From: Candidatus Omnitrophota bacterium
Lineage (GTDB): Bacteria; Omnitrophota; Gorgyraeia; JAFGHF01
Assembly (NCBI GenBank): GCA_016939375.1
Contig: JAFGHF010000012.1
Location: forward strand, 1 to 54,833
Reading direction: 5' to 3'
DNA: 54,833 nucleotides
This document shows, piece after piece, positions 1-9,029 of the stretch. A program made the translations under genes and the position numbers. How positions within the stretch are numbered: position 1 is the stretch's first letter; every line of letters starts with the position of its first letter. The notes under the pieces are model-generated. The model saw nothing but the letters and a program-made list of their open reading frames with translations. It was not told the DNA's origin and searched no databases.

Positions 1-1594
1 ATGATACTTCTTTGCTGATAATCTCTCTAAGGTCATCGGTCATAAGCATGATTTCATATATAGCCACTCTTCCCCGATAGCCTGTTTGGTTGCAGTAATC
101 GCATCCCCGGGCCCTATAGAGCAGATCTGTGTTTAGCTTGATCTTACCCAAGTTTTCTGAAGTCGGCTCATAGGCTTCTTTACACTCCGGGCAAAGCTTA
201 CGCACTAACCTCTGGGCACCTACAAGTAGCAGCGAAGGGGCGATTAAATAAGTGGGCACACCGATATCAGCTAACCGGCCTACTGCAGTAGGAGCGTCGT
301 TAGTATGTAAAGTACTTAAGACCAAGTGACCGGTAAGTGAGGCGCGCACGCACATCTGGGCAGTCTCTAAGTCTCTTACCTCCCCGACCATGATTATGTT
401 TGGGTCCTGTCTTAAAAAAGCACGCATACCAGCGGCAAAGTTAAGCCCTATATCCGGTTTAGCTTGAACCTGATTGATGCCGTCAAGACGATATTCTACC
501 GGGTCCTCAATGCTAAGTAAGTTCACTTTCGAGCTCCTGATCTCATTCATCGTGGCATATAATGTGGTCGATTTTCCGCAACCGGTGGGACCGGTAAGAA
601 ATATCAAGCCCCATGAGCTGTGGATGGCCTTACGATAATTTTCCAATTCCCACTGTTCAAATCCAAGCTTGGACAAATCTAGAGGTACTTGGCTTTTATC
701 CAGAATCCTTAATACGGCTTTCTCCCCATATACAGTGGGAATAGTAGAAACTCTCAGATCGATGATCCTGTTTTCCACTTTGACCACAAAGGCACCGTCT
801 TGAGGAAGACGTTTTTCGGCTATGTCCAACCTTGATAAGATTTTAATACGGGAAACGATCGCTAAAAGCAGATGTCTGGCCGGAGGGGGTATCTCATAAA
901 GGATTCCGTCGATGCGGTAGCGAATGCTGATCTTATCCTTATGCGGCTCGATGTGGATGTCACTGGCCCTGTCTTTGATAGCCTGGCGCAAGATTAAATC
1001 TACCAGCTTGACTACCGGGGCCTCTTCGGCCTTAGCCACCAAAACGTCTAAGCTGAGACTTTCCTCATCTTCCGGCCTTTCTATTTCAACTACGACCTTC
1101 TCGTCTTCATAAGATTTGGAAATAGCCTCTCTTAGCAGGTTCTTCTCACCGTAAAATTGGTCGATCGCTTGGATGATATCCGTCTCGCTGGCTACAATAG
1201 GATTGATATCACAAGCAGTCATTTTCTTCAGATTATCCATCACGATTATATTAAGGGGATCGGCAAAGGCAACTGTAAGAGAGTTCAGGTTGCGGGATAA
1301 AGGAATCAAGACATACTGGCGGGCAAAAGTCTCTGGCACTAACCTTTCTAAATCTTGATTAGGATCGGGTTCAAGTAGGCCTTTGGCCAAAGAGGCATAA
1401 GGAATACTGAGCTGCTTGCCCAGAGTGACTACAATATCTTTTTCAGTGACCAGGCCCAGCTTGACCAAGGTCTTACCGAACTTCTCACCCTCTCTCTTCT
1501 GGACCTGTATAGCTTTTTCTAATTGTTCCTCAGTGATTAAACCTTCTTTGACTAAGAGTTCGCCTAATTTTAAACGGGACTTGCGTAAAGCCAT
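1..1594 (-). CDS. pilB: Type IV pilus/T2SS assembly ATPase (PilB/GspE family), 3' end outside window
   Basis: Not in the ORF track because it has no stop in the window. Manual translation from ATG at 1594 gives MALRKSRLKLGELLVKEGLITEEQLEKA (MshEN-like N-terminus), Walker A LTGPTGCGKSTT (~565-600), EDPVEY, LRQDPNIIMVGEVRD and TGHLVLSTLHTNDA. Confidence 0.93.
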   Translation of the reverse strand, partial: MALRKSRLKLGELLVKEGLITEEQLEKAIQVQKREGEKFGKTLVKLGLVTEKDIVVTLGKQLSIPYASLAKGLLEPDPNQDLERLVPETFARQYVLIPLSRNLNSLTVAFADPLNIIVMDNLKKMTACDINPIVASETDIIQAIDQFYGEKNLLREAISKSYEDEKVVVEIERPEDEESLSLDVLVAKAEEAPVVKLVDLILRQAIKDRASDIHIEPHKDKISIRYRIDGILYEIPPPARHLLLAIVSRIKILSRLDIAEKRLPQDGAFVVKVENRIIDLRVSTIPTVYGEKAVLRILDKSQVPLDLSKLGFEQWELENYRKAIHSSWGLIFLTGPTGCGKSTTLYATMNEIRSSKVNLLSIEDPVEYRLDGINQVQAKPDIGLNFAAGMRAFLRQDPNIIMVGEVRDLETAQMCVRASLTGHLVLSTLHTNDAPTAVGRLADIGVPTYLIAPSLLLVGAQRLVRKLCPECKEAYEPTSENLGKIKLNTDLLYRARGCDYCNQTGYRGRVAIYEIMLMTDDLREIISKEVS

Positions 1595-1603
1595 AGGTAA
1601 ATT

Positions 1604-3202
1604 TTACTCCTCAAATTGATCGAGTATCCTATCCATTGCCTCCTCTTTTAACTCAAAATCTTCATACCCCCAAGGATCTCCCATGTTTAATGCCAATCCA
1701 GGCATGTCTTCTCTAACCATGCGAGGGGTGATAAAGATAACTACCTCTCTGTCAGTTACCTCATCGTCTTTTTTACGAAATAGGTTTCCTAATAAAGGGA
1801 TATCTCCCACCCAAGGTACCTTTCTCATGCTTTTTGTACCTTCGCTGCTGATCAATCCACCGACTATAACAGTCTCTCCATCGCGTACTCTGACTATAGA
1901 CTGCGTACTTTTCACTTCGGCGTCCGCTCCTACAGTGGGAAATAGAGGGCTGAGAAACGCTCTGCTTACTTTGGGATTGATCAGCATAGTGATCTCTTCG
2001 GTCCTAGGATTTATCTGTGGGGTCACCTGCAGAAAAACACCCACACCTTCGCTTACCAGAGAAACATCAGAGGCACGTTCAGCCTCTGTGGTGCGGTTTC
2101 CGTCAGCATCGACTTCCACTCTCACGCCCAAGACCTCGTCACTGACAATCTTTATTTCTGCTGTCTCATTGTTTAACGCCAGCACTTTAGGTTGGGCCAA
2201 GATCTTTGTATCGGTATCTTGTTTAAGCATCGCCAAGATGCCTCCTAGGTTTGCTGCTGAAATATAACCTAAGGAGACAGTCACAGGGACACCATCATAA
2301 CCGACTTTACCTACTCTTTCTAATGAAGGATGTTCATTCGGTTTTGTGAAAGGATAAGTGCTGCTACGTACCGAACCCCAGGCTTCAGCTAAATCCCCCT
2401 CCGCAGCAGTTCCCCATTCTATCCCTAATTTATCAATAGTATTGGTGGTAGTTTCTATTATTTCCACTTCTATCATCACCTGAGGAAGCTTGACATCCAG
2501 CTCCTTTATCGCTTTCTCGATCTGAGCAAATTGCGAAGGTACATCAGAAACGATCAAGCTATTGGTGCGTGCGTCCTCGATTACCGCCCCGATGAGTTTG
2601 CCTTGCCCATCTTTGGAAAGCAAGCCTGTGATGATGTCTTTGATGCCGGAAGTAGTCTTATCGGACTTCTGGCTAGAGGAAAGTTCATATCCTTTCACCC
2701 GGGCATACTGCAAAGGATATATCTTGGTAATAGTCTCTATCTCTGGCCGGTCCAAGACTTTTACTATGAATATGTTTCCTTTTTGTTCATAAGTGAGGTT
2801 ATTTGCCCTCATCAGAGTATCCAACGCGTCTTTCACAGGGACTCTATCCAAATAAAGGGTAACTTGCTGCCCCCTGACCCTTGGCCCCTGAGAAACAAAA
2901 TTCAAACCAGCCTGTTGGGAAAATATTTTTAATACATCTTCTAGGGCAGCGTTCTGAAAGTCCATTGAAATAACCGTATCGCTACTCTGTATAAAATCAG
3001 CGCCAGTTGAACTTGTGGCTGTAGCCGCAACTGCCGTCGTGGCTGAAGTCGCAGTCGGATATTCACCAGCCAATAACTCAGAATTCGGATTATTTTCGGA
3101 TTGAGCGAGACTTAAGCTAAAAGACAGGCCAAATAACATAAAAAACATTGCTAAGGGAATAAACAAAATATACTTCTTTATTCCTGCTAAAGATAACTTC
3201 AT
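1604..3202 (-). CDS. pilQ: Secretin (PilQ/GspD family)
   Basis: Signal peptide, STN/N0 domain (ISMDFQNAALEDVL), N3 (DARTNSLIV), PQVMIEVEI, QPKVLALNNETAEI, VRDGETVIVGGL, KVPWVGDIPLLGNLF, EVVIFITP. Confidence 0.93.
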   Translation of the reverse strand: MKLSLAGIKKYILFIPLAMFFMLFGLSFSLSLAQSENNPNSELLAGEYPTATSATTAVAATATSSTGADFIQSSDTVISMDFQNAALEDVLKIFSQQAGLNFVSQGPRVRGQQVTLYLDRVPVKDALDTLMRANNLTYEQKGNIFIVKVLDRPEIETITKIYPLQYARVKGYELSSSQKSDKTTSGIKDIITGLLSKDGQGKLIGAVIEDARTNSLIVSDVPSQFAQIEKAIKELDVKLPQVMIEVEIIETTTNTIDKLGIEWGTAAEGDLAEAWGSVRSSTYPFTKPNEHPSLERVGKVGYDGVPVTVSLGYISAANLGGILAMLKQDTDTKILAQPKVLALNNETAEIKIVSDEVLGVRVEVDADGNRTTEAERASDVSLVSEGVGVFLQVTPQINPRTEEITMLINPKVSRAFLSPLFPTVGADAEVKSTQSIVRVRDGETVIVGGLISSEGTKSMRKVPWVGDIPLLGNLFRKKDDEVTDREVVIFITPRMVREDMPGLALNMGDPWGYEDFELKEEAMDRILDQFEE

Positions 3203-3228
3203 GACCCCCTCCTTGTCATCTGATTAAG

Positions 3229-3654
3229 CTATTCTATCGTTTCAGGCCTTAAAATATACTGATTATCCTGGTATAACAAATATACACCCTCTTTACGAAC
3301 ATCCAAAACCTGAGCACCTTCGATAACATCGCCCTTGCGCACTACTTTATTATTTATTATAGCCTGAGGGGACTTTGAGCCCCAAACCATCCCTTGAATA
3401 TGCAAGTGAGTCAAAGGAACTTTGATTTTAGGAAAATCATCTTTTGTTTCTTGCGTCGGTCTGATAATCATTTCATCCGGACTCATAAACGGATCGCGTA
3501 GACTTATAGCTGTATATTCCACTCTTGGCCAAGAAGGCTCTTTAGAGTCTTTCTTTTCATCCTGCGCAAAAGCAAAATGGGAAACAACCCCGATCGGCAA
3601 AAGGGCTAAGAAAACCAAATATGGAATGAGATTTCTTTCAATTTTTTTTATCAT
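3229..3654 (-). CDS. PilP/GspC-HR-like exported assembly protein
   Basis: N-terminal hydrophobic segment, RDPF motif, LHIQGMVWG..AIINNKVVRKGDVI; located between pilO and the secretin. Confidence 0.75.
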   Translation of the reverse strand: MIKKIERNLIPYLVFLALLPIGVVSHFAFAQDEKKDSKEPSWPRVEYTAISLRDPFMSPDEMIIRPTQETKDDFPKIKVPLTHLHIQGMVWGSKSPQAIINNKVVRKGDVIEGAQVLDVRKEGVYLLYQDNQYILRPETIE

Positions 3655-4169
3655 TCTTCAAATAAATAAAGCCCGTTTAACGTCAAATTCACTTGAAGCA
3701 TACCCACGCCTGCACCTTCAATATCATCTAGCTTCCCCAGCCTCACCGACTGCACCCGGATCAGTTCTTTATTGCTTTCCAATAGACTGATAAATTTACC
3801 TACCTGATGATATCCGCATCTGAGAGGAATCTCTAGGGGGATGTAGGCAAATCCTTCCTTATGGCTCAGGGGACGCGGGCTGAAAGTTTCGATCGCTATA
3901 CCGCATTCTTTGGCTAATGGAGTAATCATATCCAGCAAGGGAGTAATTTCTGTCGATGGAAAAGACCTGCTTCTAAATGTTTTCATCTTTCTATCTAATA
4001 TGCTGATATCTATCAGAAGTTCTCCCTTTTTCTTCTCTTTCTCTATTTCTTCCTTTACCGAGGCTATCTTTGTCTGATTATACTTCAATACCAGGTTATA
4101 TCCGATGAAACACACAAGCAAAAAGACTAGAATGAATATTGCCTTATTCTGATATTTGGTAAAATCCAT
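3651..4169 (-). CDS. pilO: Type 4a pilus biogenesis protein PilO
   Basis: N-terminal TM, coiled coil, PSTEITPLL, CGYHQVGKFISLLE ferredoxin-like periplasmic domain. Confidence 0.85.
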   Translation of the reverse strand: MDFTKYQNKAIFILVFLLVCFIGYNLVLKYNQTKIASVKEEIEKEKKKGELLIDISILDRKMKTFRSRSFPSTEITPLLDMITPLAKECGIAIETFSPRPLSHKEGFAYIPLEIPLRCGYHQVGKFISLLESNKELIRVQSVRLGKLDDIEGAGVGMLQVNLTLNGLYLFEE

Positions 4170-4193
4170 TTTTACTCCTAATTAAGCTGTTTT

Positions 4194-5747
4194 CTATTCA
4201 CGTACACAGTTGACGGTAAATGTCTTTGCGGGTGCCCCTTTTACCTCAATAGCATCCATCCCGCCTAATTTTATTTCAGTGAAACCTTTTGAGAAAACCT
4301 CGTTTTGTTTAAGATTTGCCATCAAAGTAGTGATAACGCTTATCTGTTGCACGGAGTCTTCATGGTAGACAACACCCCTTATCACTAAAGATGGGTTTTC
4401 CAGCAATCTATCTGATATTTCGAGGCTGGTCAACCAGACTCCCGGAGGCAACACTCTGGGTATCTCATTAAATTTTTCTGTCCAAAAGATCCTTTTGTCA
4501 ATGACCTGACTTAGTCTCTGTACTTTTTTGTTCAATTTAATCTTTTCGGTCTCGATATCTTCATAGGGAAGCGAATCTATATCCCCTTTTAAACTTACTT
4601 TTGGCCTGGTAGCGATTGCTTCATCCAGCTTTTTCTTTTCCTTGAGGATGTTATTATACATAAATAGATGCAGGCCCACAAGACAAGCAATAGACGCCAA
4701 TATGGCTTTCGTGATAACACGCTGCAATTCCGGGGTAAGCTTGATCGCTTCACCAGGCTTGGCAGCTGCTGCTGTCGCCTTTGGTTTGACTTCTCGCACT
4801 TTACAAAGATTTACCGAAGGGATGATATTAGTGAGGTCTCTTAATCCCAGGCCGATGGCTACGCTAGTACTGACAGGAGGCATGACCTTTTTCACTTTTA
4901 TAGCTTTTTTCAAGTCGACCTTGTTTACAGGCACTTTTAATTCTTCCATCAAAGTCTTGTCCCAATCCTTAAGGTCGACAGCACCGCAAAGTAATATCTT
5001 GTTGATCGTCTCCGCGGGAAAAAGTTTTTCATAATAGTCCAAAGACATGCGAATCTCATTAAGCAGACTTTCAAAGACAATATCCTCTTCCCAAGGCAAA
5101 GAGACATCACGTGTAAGATAACAGATCTTATCTTTTACAATGTTTATATCCGCCATCCCATAGTCTATGTCGACAATAGCTGCTGATTTATTTTTGTCCA
5201 ATTGATGGGCCAGCGAAAAAAGCCTCAGCAAACTAAAAGGCGCCGGCTCCATCGCGGAGATCTGCAGGCCTGCCTGTTCTAATAAAGACATATACCACTG
5301 TGCAGTCTCGGTCTTCACGGCCACAAAGGTAACATCCATTTTATTGGCTTTGCTCCTGGGCATCACTACATGGTAATCCCACATCAGCTCTTCGATCTTG
5401 AAAGGGATGTATTTTTTAGCCTCGAATTTTATTGCCGTCTCACATTCGTGTTTGGATATCTTGGGGATCTGGAAATACCTAATCAATACATCCTTCCCGG
5501 ACAAAGCAAGGACTACCTTCTTAGCAGAAATATTGTTCTCCCGCACAGACCTTTTGATCGCCTGTACTATTGCCGCGGCCTGTTCCTTGGTGGTTTCAGA
5601 TCTTTGTTGGGATTGCAAAGGAGCTTGGATTTCGGTCTTGCCGAACTTGACTAAACGTAGGCCGGAGAATGCCCCTTTTAGCTGGGCTATATAGACATCT
5701 CTAGTGCCTACATAAATACCTGTGGATGTTTGTAGGTTAAAATTCAT
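4194..5747 (-). CDS. pilM: PilM-PilN fusion protein
   Basis: Actin-like PilM part (GIYVG, FEAKKYIPF, VDIDY, ILLCG, VAIGLGLR), then VNL motif, a TM segment, coiled coil and PilN-like WTEKFNEIPRVLPPGVWLTSL. Confidence 0.85.
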   Translation of the reverse strand: MNFNLQTSTGIYVGTRDVYIAQLKGAFSGLRLVKFGKTEIQAPLQSQQRSETTKEQAAAIVQAIKRSVRENNISAKKVVLALSGKDVLIRYFQIPKISKHECETAIKFEAKKYIPFKIEELMWDYHVVMPRSKANKMDVTFVAVKTETAQWYMSLLEQAGLQISAMEPAPFSLLRLFSLAHQLDKNKSAAIVDIDYGMADINIVKDKICYLTRDVSLPWEEDIVFESLLNEIRMSLDYYEKLFPAETINKILLCGAVDLKDWDKTLMEELKVPVNKVDLKKAIKVKKVMPPVSTSVAIGLGLRDLTNIIPSVNLCKVREVKPKATAAAAKPGEAIKLTPELQRVITKAILASIACLVGLHLFMYNNILKEKKKLDEAIATRPKVSLKGDIDSLPYEDIETEKIKLNKKVQRLSQVIDKRIFWTEKFNEIPRVLPPGVWLTSLEISDRLLENPSLVIRGVVYHEDSVQQISVITTLMANLKQNEVFSKGFTEIKLGGMDAIEVKGAPAKTFTVNCVRE

Positions 5748-5974
5748 GGCTTCTTTTTAGAGCCTTTTGCCTTTCGCGTCTCTTTTTTCTCTGGTTCTGT
5801 TCTAGCTTCTCTTATTTGGGAACGCAACCACGCGTCGATAGCCCGCTTATCAAACCTCCAGACATGTCCGACTTTTATCCCAGAAATCTTTTTTGCATGC
5901 AACCAGTTGTAAATAGTCTGCTTCTGGAGTTTTAGATAAGCAGCTAACTCATCTACATCCATAAGCCTGCTCAT
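5744..5974 (-). CDS. Excisionase-like HTH_17 (MerR-type) DNA-binding protein
   Basis: LMDVDELAAYLKLQKQTIYNW...GIKVGHVWRF...IDAWL with a basic tail; ATGA overlap with pilM. Confidence 0.92.
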   Translation of the reverse strand: MSRLMDVDELAAYLKLQKQTIYNWLHAKKISGIKVGHVWRFDKRAIDAWLRSQIREARTEPEKKETRKAKGSKKKP

Positions 5975-5990
5975 TAAGGGGCCTCCTTGA

Positions 5991-6044
5991 ATTTACTTAC
6001 ATTTATGTATACTTACATATACCATAAAAATATTACCTTGTCAA
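5991..6044 (-). promoter_or_regulatory. sigma70-like promoter of the HTH-pil operon with overlapping repeats
   Basis: Minus-strand TTGACA (6044-6039), 17 bp, TG-G-TATATG (6021-6016). TACTTACAT direct repeats at 5994-6002 and 6010-6018; TACAT-TT-ATGTA inverted repeat at 5998-6009. Confidence 0.55.
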
Positions 6045-6077
6045 GTGAATTTTTACTTTTAGGCTGCAAAAGGAGAT

Positions 6078-6111
6078 AAAAAAACCACACCCCTACAGTG
6101 TGGTTTTTTTT
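6078..6111. terminator. Intrinsic terminator (potentially bidirectional)
   Basis: AAAAAAACCACAC-CCCTACA-GTGTGGTTTTTTT perfect 13-bp inverted repeat just downstream of the PilX-like gene. Confidence 0.85.
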
Positions 6112-6136
6112 GCTATACTTATGATAATACTAGACT

Positions 6137-6529
6137 TTAATATTCGACTCTACAATAAATACAGTATGGTGAAAGGCCAGCTGGACAGGTATAGTTTTCA
6201 CCCGGACCCACAGCTGCGCTAGTCCCCGCCTGTAAAATGACGATTTTGGTATTAAGTTGGTAATTGGGGTCTTGTATGGTCAGAGAGCTATCTATAAAAG
6301 GATAGGTCAAATTCGGCAGATCATATCCTCCTGAGGCACCCAAACGACACTTAGTCAAAGCATAGTTCATCGCTGCCTCAGCGGCATAGTAGGCTCTTTC
6401 TCTCTGCATCTGAAAAGCCGTGCTGGTAAAATGGCCGCTAGCCAACCTGACTATCGCGGCCGAGAGCACAAGCATCATCAATATCATGCTTGTCACTATT
6501 AAATAGGCAATACCTTTTTTACCATTCAT
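6137..6529 (-). CDS. PilX/GspK-like minor pilin
   Basis: Class III-like signal MNGKKG/IAYLIV (no Glu5), hydrophobic helix, RAYYAAEAA motif typical of PilX N-termini, C-terminal Cys residues. Confidence 0.7.
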   Translation of the reverse strand: MNGKKGIAYLIVTSMILMMLVLSAAIVRLASGHFTSTAFQMQRERAYYAAEAAMNYALTKCRLGASGGYDLPNLTYPFIDSSLTIQDPNYQLNTKIVILQAGTSAAVGPGENYTCPAGLSPYCIYCRVEY

Positions 6530-6546
6530 ATATTTTCCTTTTTTTT

Positions 6547-6576
6547 ATTTTAATAAATCCTGTCTGTAAAAGTCAA
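6547..6576 (-). promoter_or_regulatory. sigma70-like promoter of the PilX-like gene
   Basis: Minus-strand TTGACT (6576-6571), 18 bp, TAAAAT (6552-6547). Confidence 0.55.
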
Positions 6577-6577
6577 G

Positions 6578-7474
6578 TTAATTTTCCGGTGGCCAAAACC
6601 CGCGATGCAACCCTAAGGATTGAGCTATATTCAAAGCCCTAATATATTCCTCTTGGGTGAGAGGCCTGTTTAATTGGGGGATATCGCTTGCCTTAAAGCA
6701 AGGCCTGTACTGGTCCATAATATTTACATAACTCTCTGGCGATATCTCTGTTGCGATAAACCTCATATTTTGCTCTGTCCCCGATAGGTCATCGGGCAAG
6801 ACCAAATGTCTTAATAAAAGGCCTTTGCGGGCAATGCCATTTGCATCGATCTCTAAGTCGCCGACCTGGTTATGCATCTCTTTTATGGCCTGCCTGGCTA
6901 TCTTTGGATATTCAGCAACATTGGATAGCCTTGCTGCTATATCTTCATCCGCATATTTGATATCAGGCATATAGATATCTATCACACCTCTTAAGATCTT
7001 TAGACTCTCTAAAGATTCATATCCACCGCAATTATAGACCAGGGGTATCTTTAGACCTTTTTCTTTGGCCATAAAAACTGCCTCTAGGATTTGAGGCATA
7101 AAATGAGTAGGTGTGACAAAGTTTATATTATGGCAGCCTTTTTTTTGCAAAAGGAGCATTATCTGCACAAATTCATCTACAGAAACGGCCATGCCGGATC
7201 TTAACTGGCTTATATCGTAATTCTGGCAATAGACGCAACTGAGGTTGCAACTGTTCAAGAAGATCGCCCCTGAACCATACCTGCCCACCAAGACCTCTTC
7301 TTCGCCAAAATGAGGTCCGTAACTAGCAACTTCTATCGCTTGACCCACACCGCAATATCCCCTTTCTCCTTTTGTTCTGTTAACGTTGCATTTCCGGGGA
7401 CAAAGCGTACACTGTTCTAAAATCTTATATGCCTTATCAATCTTCTTTTCAAGGTCTTTCGCGGATAAATTCAA
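6578..7474 (-). CDS. Radical SAM protein, PflX-like
   Basis: CTLCPRKC N-terminal cluster, HFGEE, CNLSCVYCQN (CxxxCxxC), GCHNINFVTPTH, IDIYMPDIKY, RHLVLP, VNIMDQYRP. Confidence 0.92.
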   Translation of the reverse strand: MNLSAKDLEKKIDKAYKILEQCTLCPRKCNVNRTKGERGYCGVGQAIEVASYGPHFGEEEVLVGRYGSGAIFLNSCNLSCVYCQNYDISQLRSGMAVSVDEFVQIMLLLQKKGCHNINFVTPTHFMPQILEAVFMAKEKGLKIPLVYNCGGYESLESLKILRGVIDIYMPDIKYADEDIAARLSNVAEYPKIARQAIKEMHNQVGDLEIDANGIARKGLLLRHLVLPDDLSGTEQNMRFIATEISPESYVNIMDQYRPCFKASDIPQLNRPLTQEEYIRALNIAQSLGLHRGFWPPEN

Positions 7475-9012
7475 CTGATCTCCTCTTTAAGCTGCCTTTT
7501 GAGGATTTTGCCGGTGGGTGTTCTTGGTAGACTTTTTCTGAATTCGATCAAGTGAGGGATCTTATAATTAGCCAGTCGGCCTTTGCAATAATCAATAAAT
7601 TCGCTCTCCTGGGCATGGACATCTTCTTTTAATACGATAAAAGCGATTGCGATTTCGCCTTTAGATTTGTCTTGTTTACCCACTACCGCTACTTCGTTTA
7701 TCTTAGGATGTTCCTTCAATGCGTTCTCTATCTCGGAAGGATAGACATTCATCCCATGCATAAGGATCATTTCCTTCTTGCGTCCCTTTATATAGATGTA
7801 GCCTTCATCATCTATCTTGGCCATATCCCCTGTAAATAGCCATCCGTTTTTTATTGTCTTTTTAGTCTCCTCGGGATTATTATAATAACCGATCATCACA
7901 TTAGGTCCTTTGACTATCAATTCCCCGACCTCATCTACTTGTGCCTCCCCCTCATCTTCCCTTACTACCTTTACCTCCACTCCAGGGACAGGCAGTCCTA
8001 TAGAACCGGGCTTCTGCACGCCATTCAAAGGATTGATCGAGACAACAGGAGATGTCTCAGTCAAGCCATAACCTTCTAAAAGGACAAATTTCTTAAACTT
8101 CTGCTTAAACGCCTCTAAGGTGTGCGGGCTTAAAGGTGCCGCTCCTGAAATACATACCCTCACCCGTAACAACACATTTAAAATCGGCGGAATGTCTAAG
8201 TTTTTAAAGATATCGTAAAGATGCGGGATCCCCACTATCGTGGTTATACGGTTTAAGAAGATGCTGCGCAGGACCCGGTGAAACGGTTTCACCGACTTAA
8301 TAACAATTATCCTGGCTCCGATGTATATCGGTATCAAGATGCATACGGTCAGAGTAAAAGTGTGAAACATAGGCAATATCAATAAAATCCTATCTCGTGA
8401 GTTTAATTCAAGTGCCTGCAGAGAAGAAAGTACGTTAGAGCAGAGATTTCCGTGAGAAAGCATCACGCCTTTAGGAAAACCGGTCGTCCCTGAAGTATAA
8501 AGAAGCAAAGCCAAATCCTGAGGGTTTATCTCTGAGGAGAAACTTTTGAGCCCATTCTGGATTATCACTTCCGGCCAATAAAGAAACTCTTCTTTTTTCT
8601 TATCGGTCAATATTATATGTTTTAGATATAGCAGGTCCTCCGAACCTTCCTGCTTTTCTTTGATTGTATTTTCCAGAATCTCTAAAAAATCGCTTGAGCT
8701 GATTAATAACTTAGCCCTGCTGTCTTTGAGTATATACTTGATTTCATTAAAGGTAAGAAATACATTGATGGGAATGCAGACCGCTTTCAGTTTTAAAATA
8801 GCAAAAAGGGCTATAATGAATTCGGGGCAATTACCTAAAAGCACGGCCACCTTATCTCCTTCTTGCACTTGGAGGTTTTCTTTTAAGCCATAGGCCAACT
8901 GGTTTACCTTCTTGTTTAAGGCGCGAAAGCTCAAAACAGCATTTTCGGAGATAATACACTTACGCCAAGAAAATTTGTTCGCACTTTCTTCTAATAAACG
9001 GACCAAGTTCAT
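7471..9012 (-). CDS. fadD: Long-chain fatty acid-CoA ligase (AMP-binding family)
   Basis: YTSGTTGFPKG, EGYGLTE, GWLFTGD, NVYPSEIE, LPRTPTGKI. Confidence 0.92.
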   Translation of the reverse strand: MNLVRLLEESANKFSWRKCIISENAVLSFRALNKKVNQLAYGLKENLQVQEGDKVAVLLGNCPEFIIALFAILKLKAVCIPINVFLTFNEIKYILKDSRAKLLISSSDFLEILENTIKEKQEGSEDLLYLKHIILTDKKKEEFLYWPEVIIQNGLKSFSSEINPQDLALLLYTSGTTGFPKGVMLSHGNLCSNVLSSLQALELNSRDRILLILPMFHTFTLTVCILIPIYIGARIIVIKSVKPFHRVLRSIFLNRITTIVGIPHLYDIFKNLDIPPILNVLLRVRVCISGAAPLSPHTLEAFKQKFKKFVLLEGYGLTETSPVVSINPLNGVQKPGSIGLPVPGVEVKVVREDEGEAQVDEVGELIVKGPNVMIGYYNNPEETKKTIKNGWLFTGDMAKIDDEGYIYIKGRKKEMILMHGMNVYPSEIENALKEHPKINEVAVVGKQDKSKGEIAIAFIVLKEDVHAQESEFIDYCKGRLANYKIPHLIEFRKSLPRTPTGKILKRQLKEEIS

Positions 9013-9029
9013 GGCATTAAACTCCCTTG

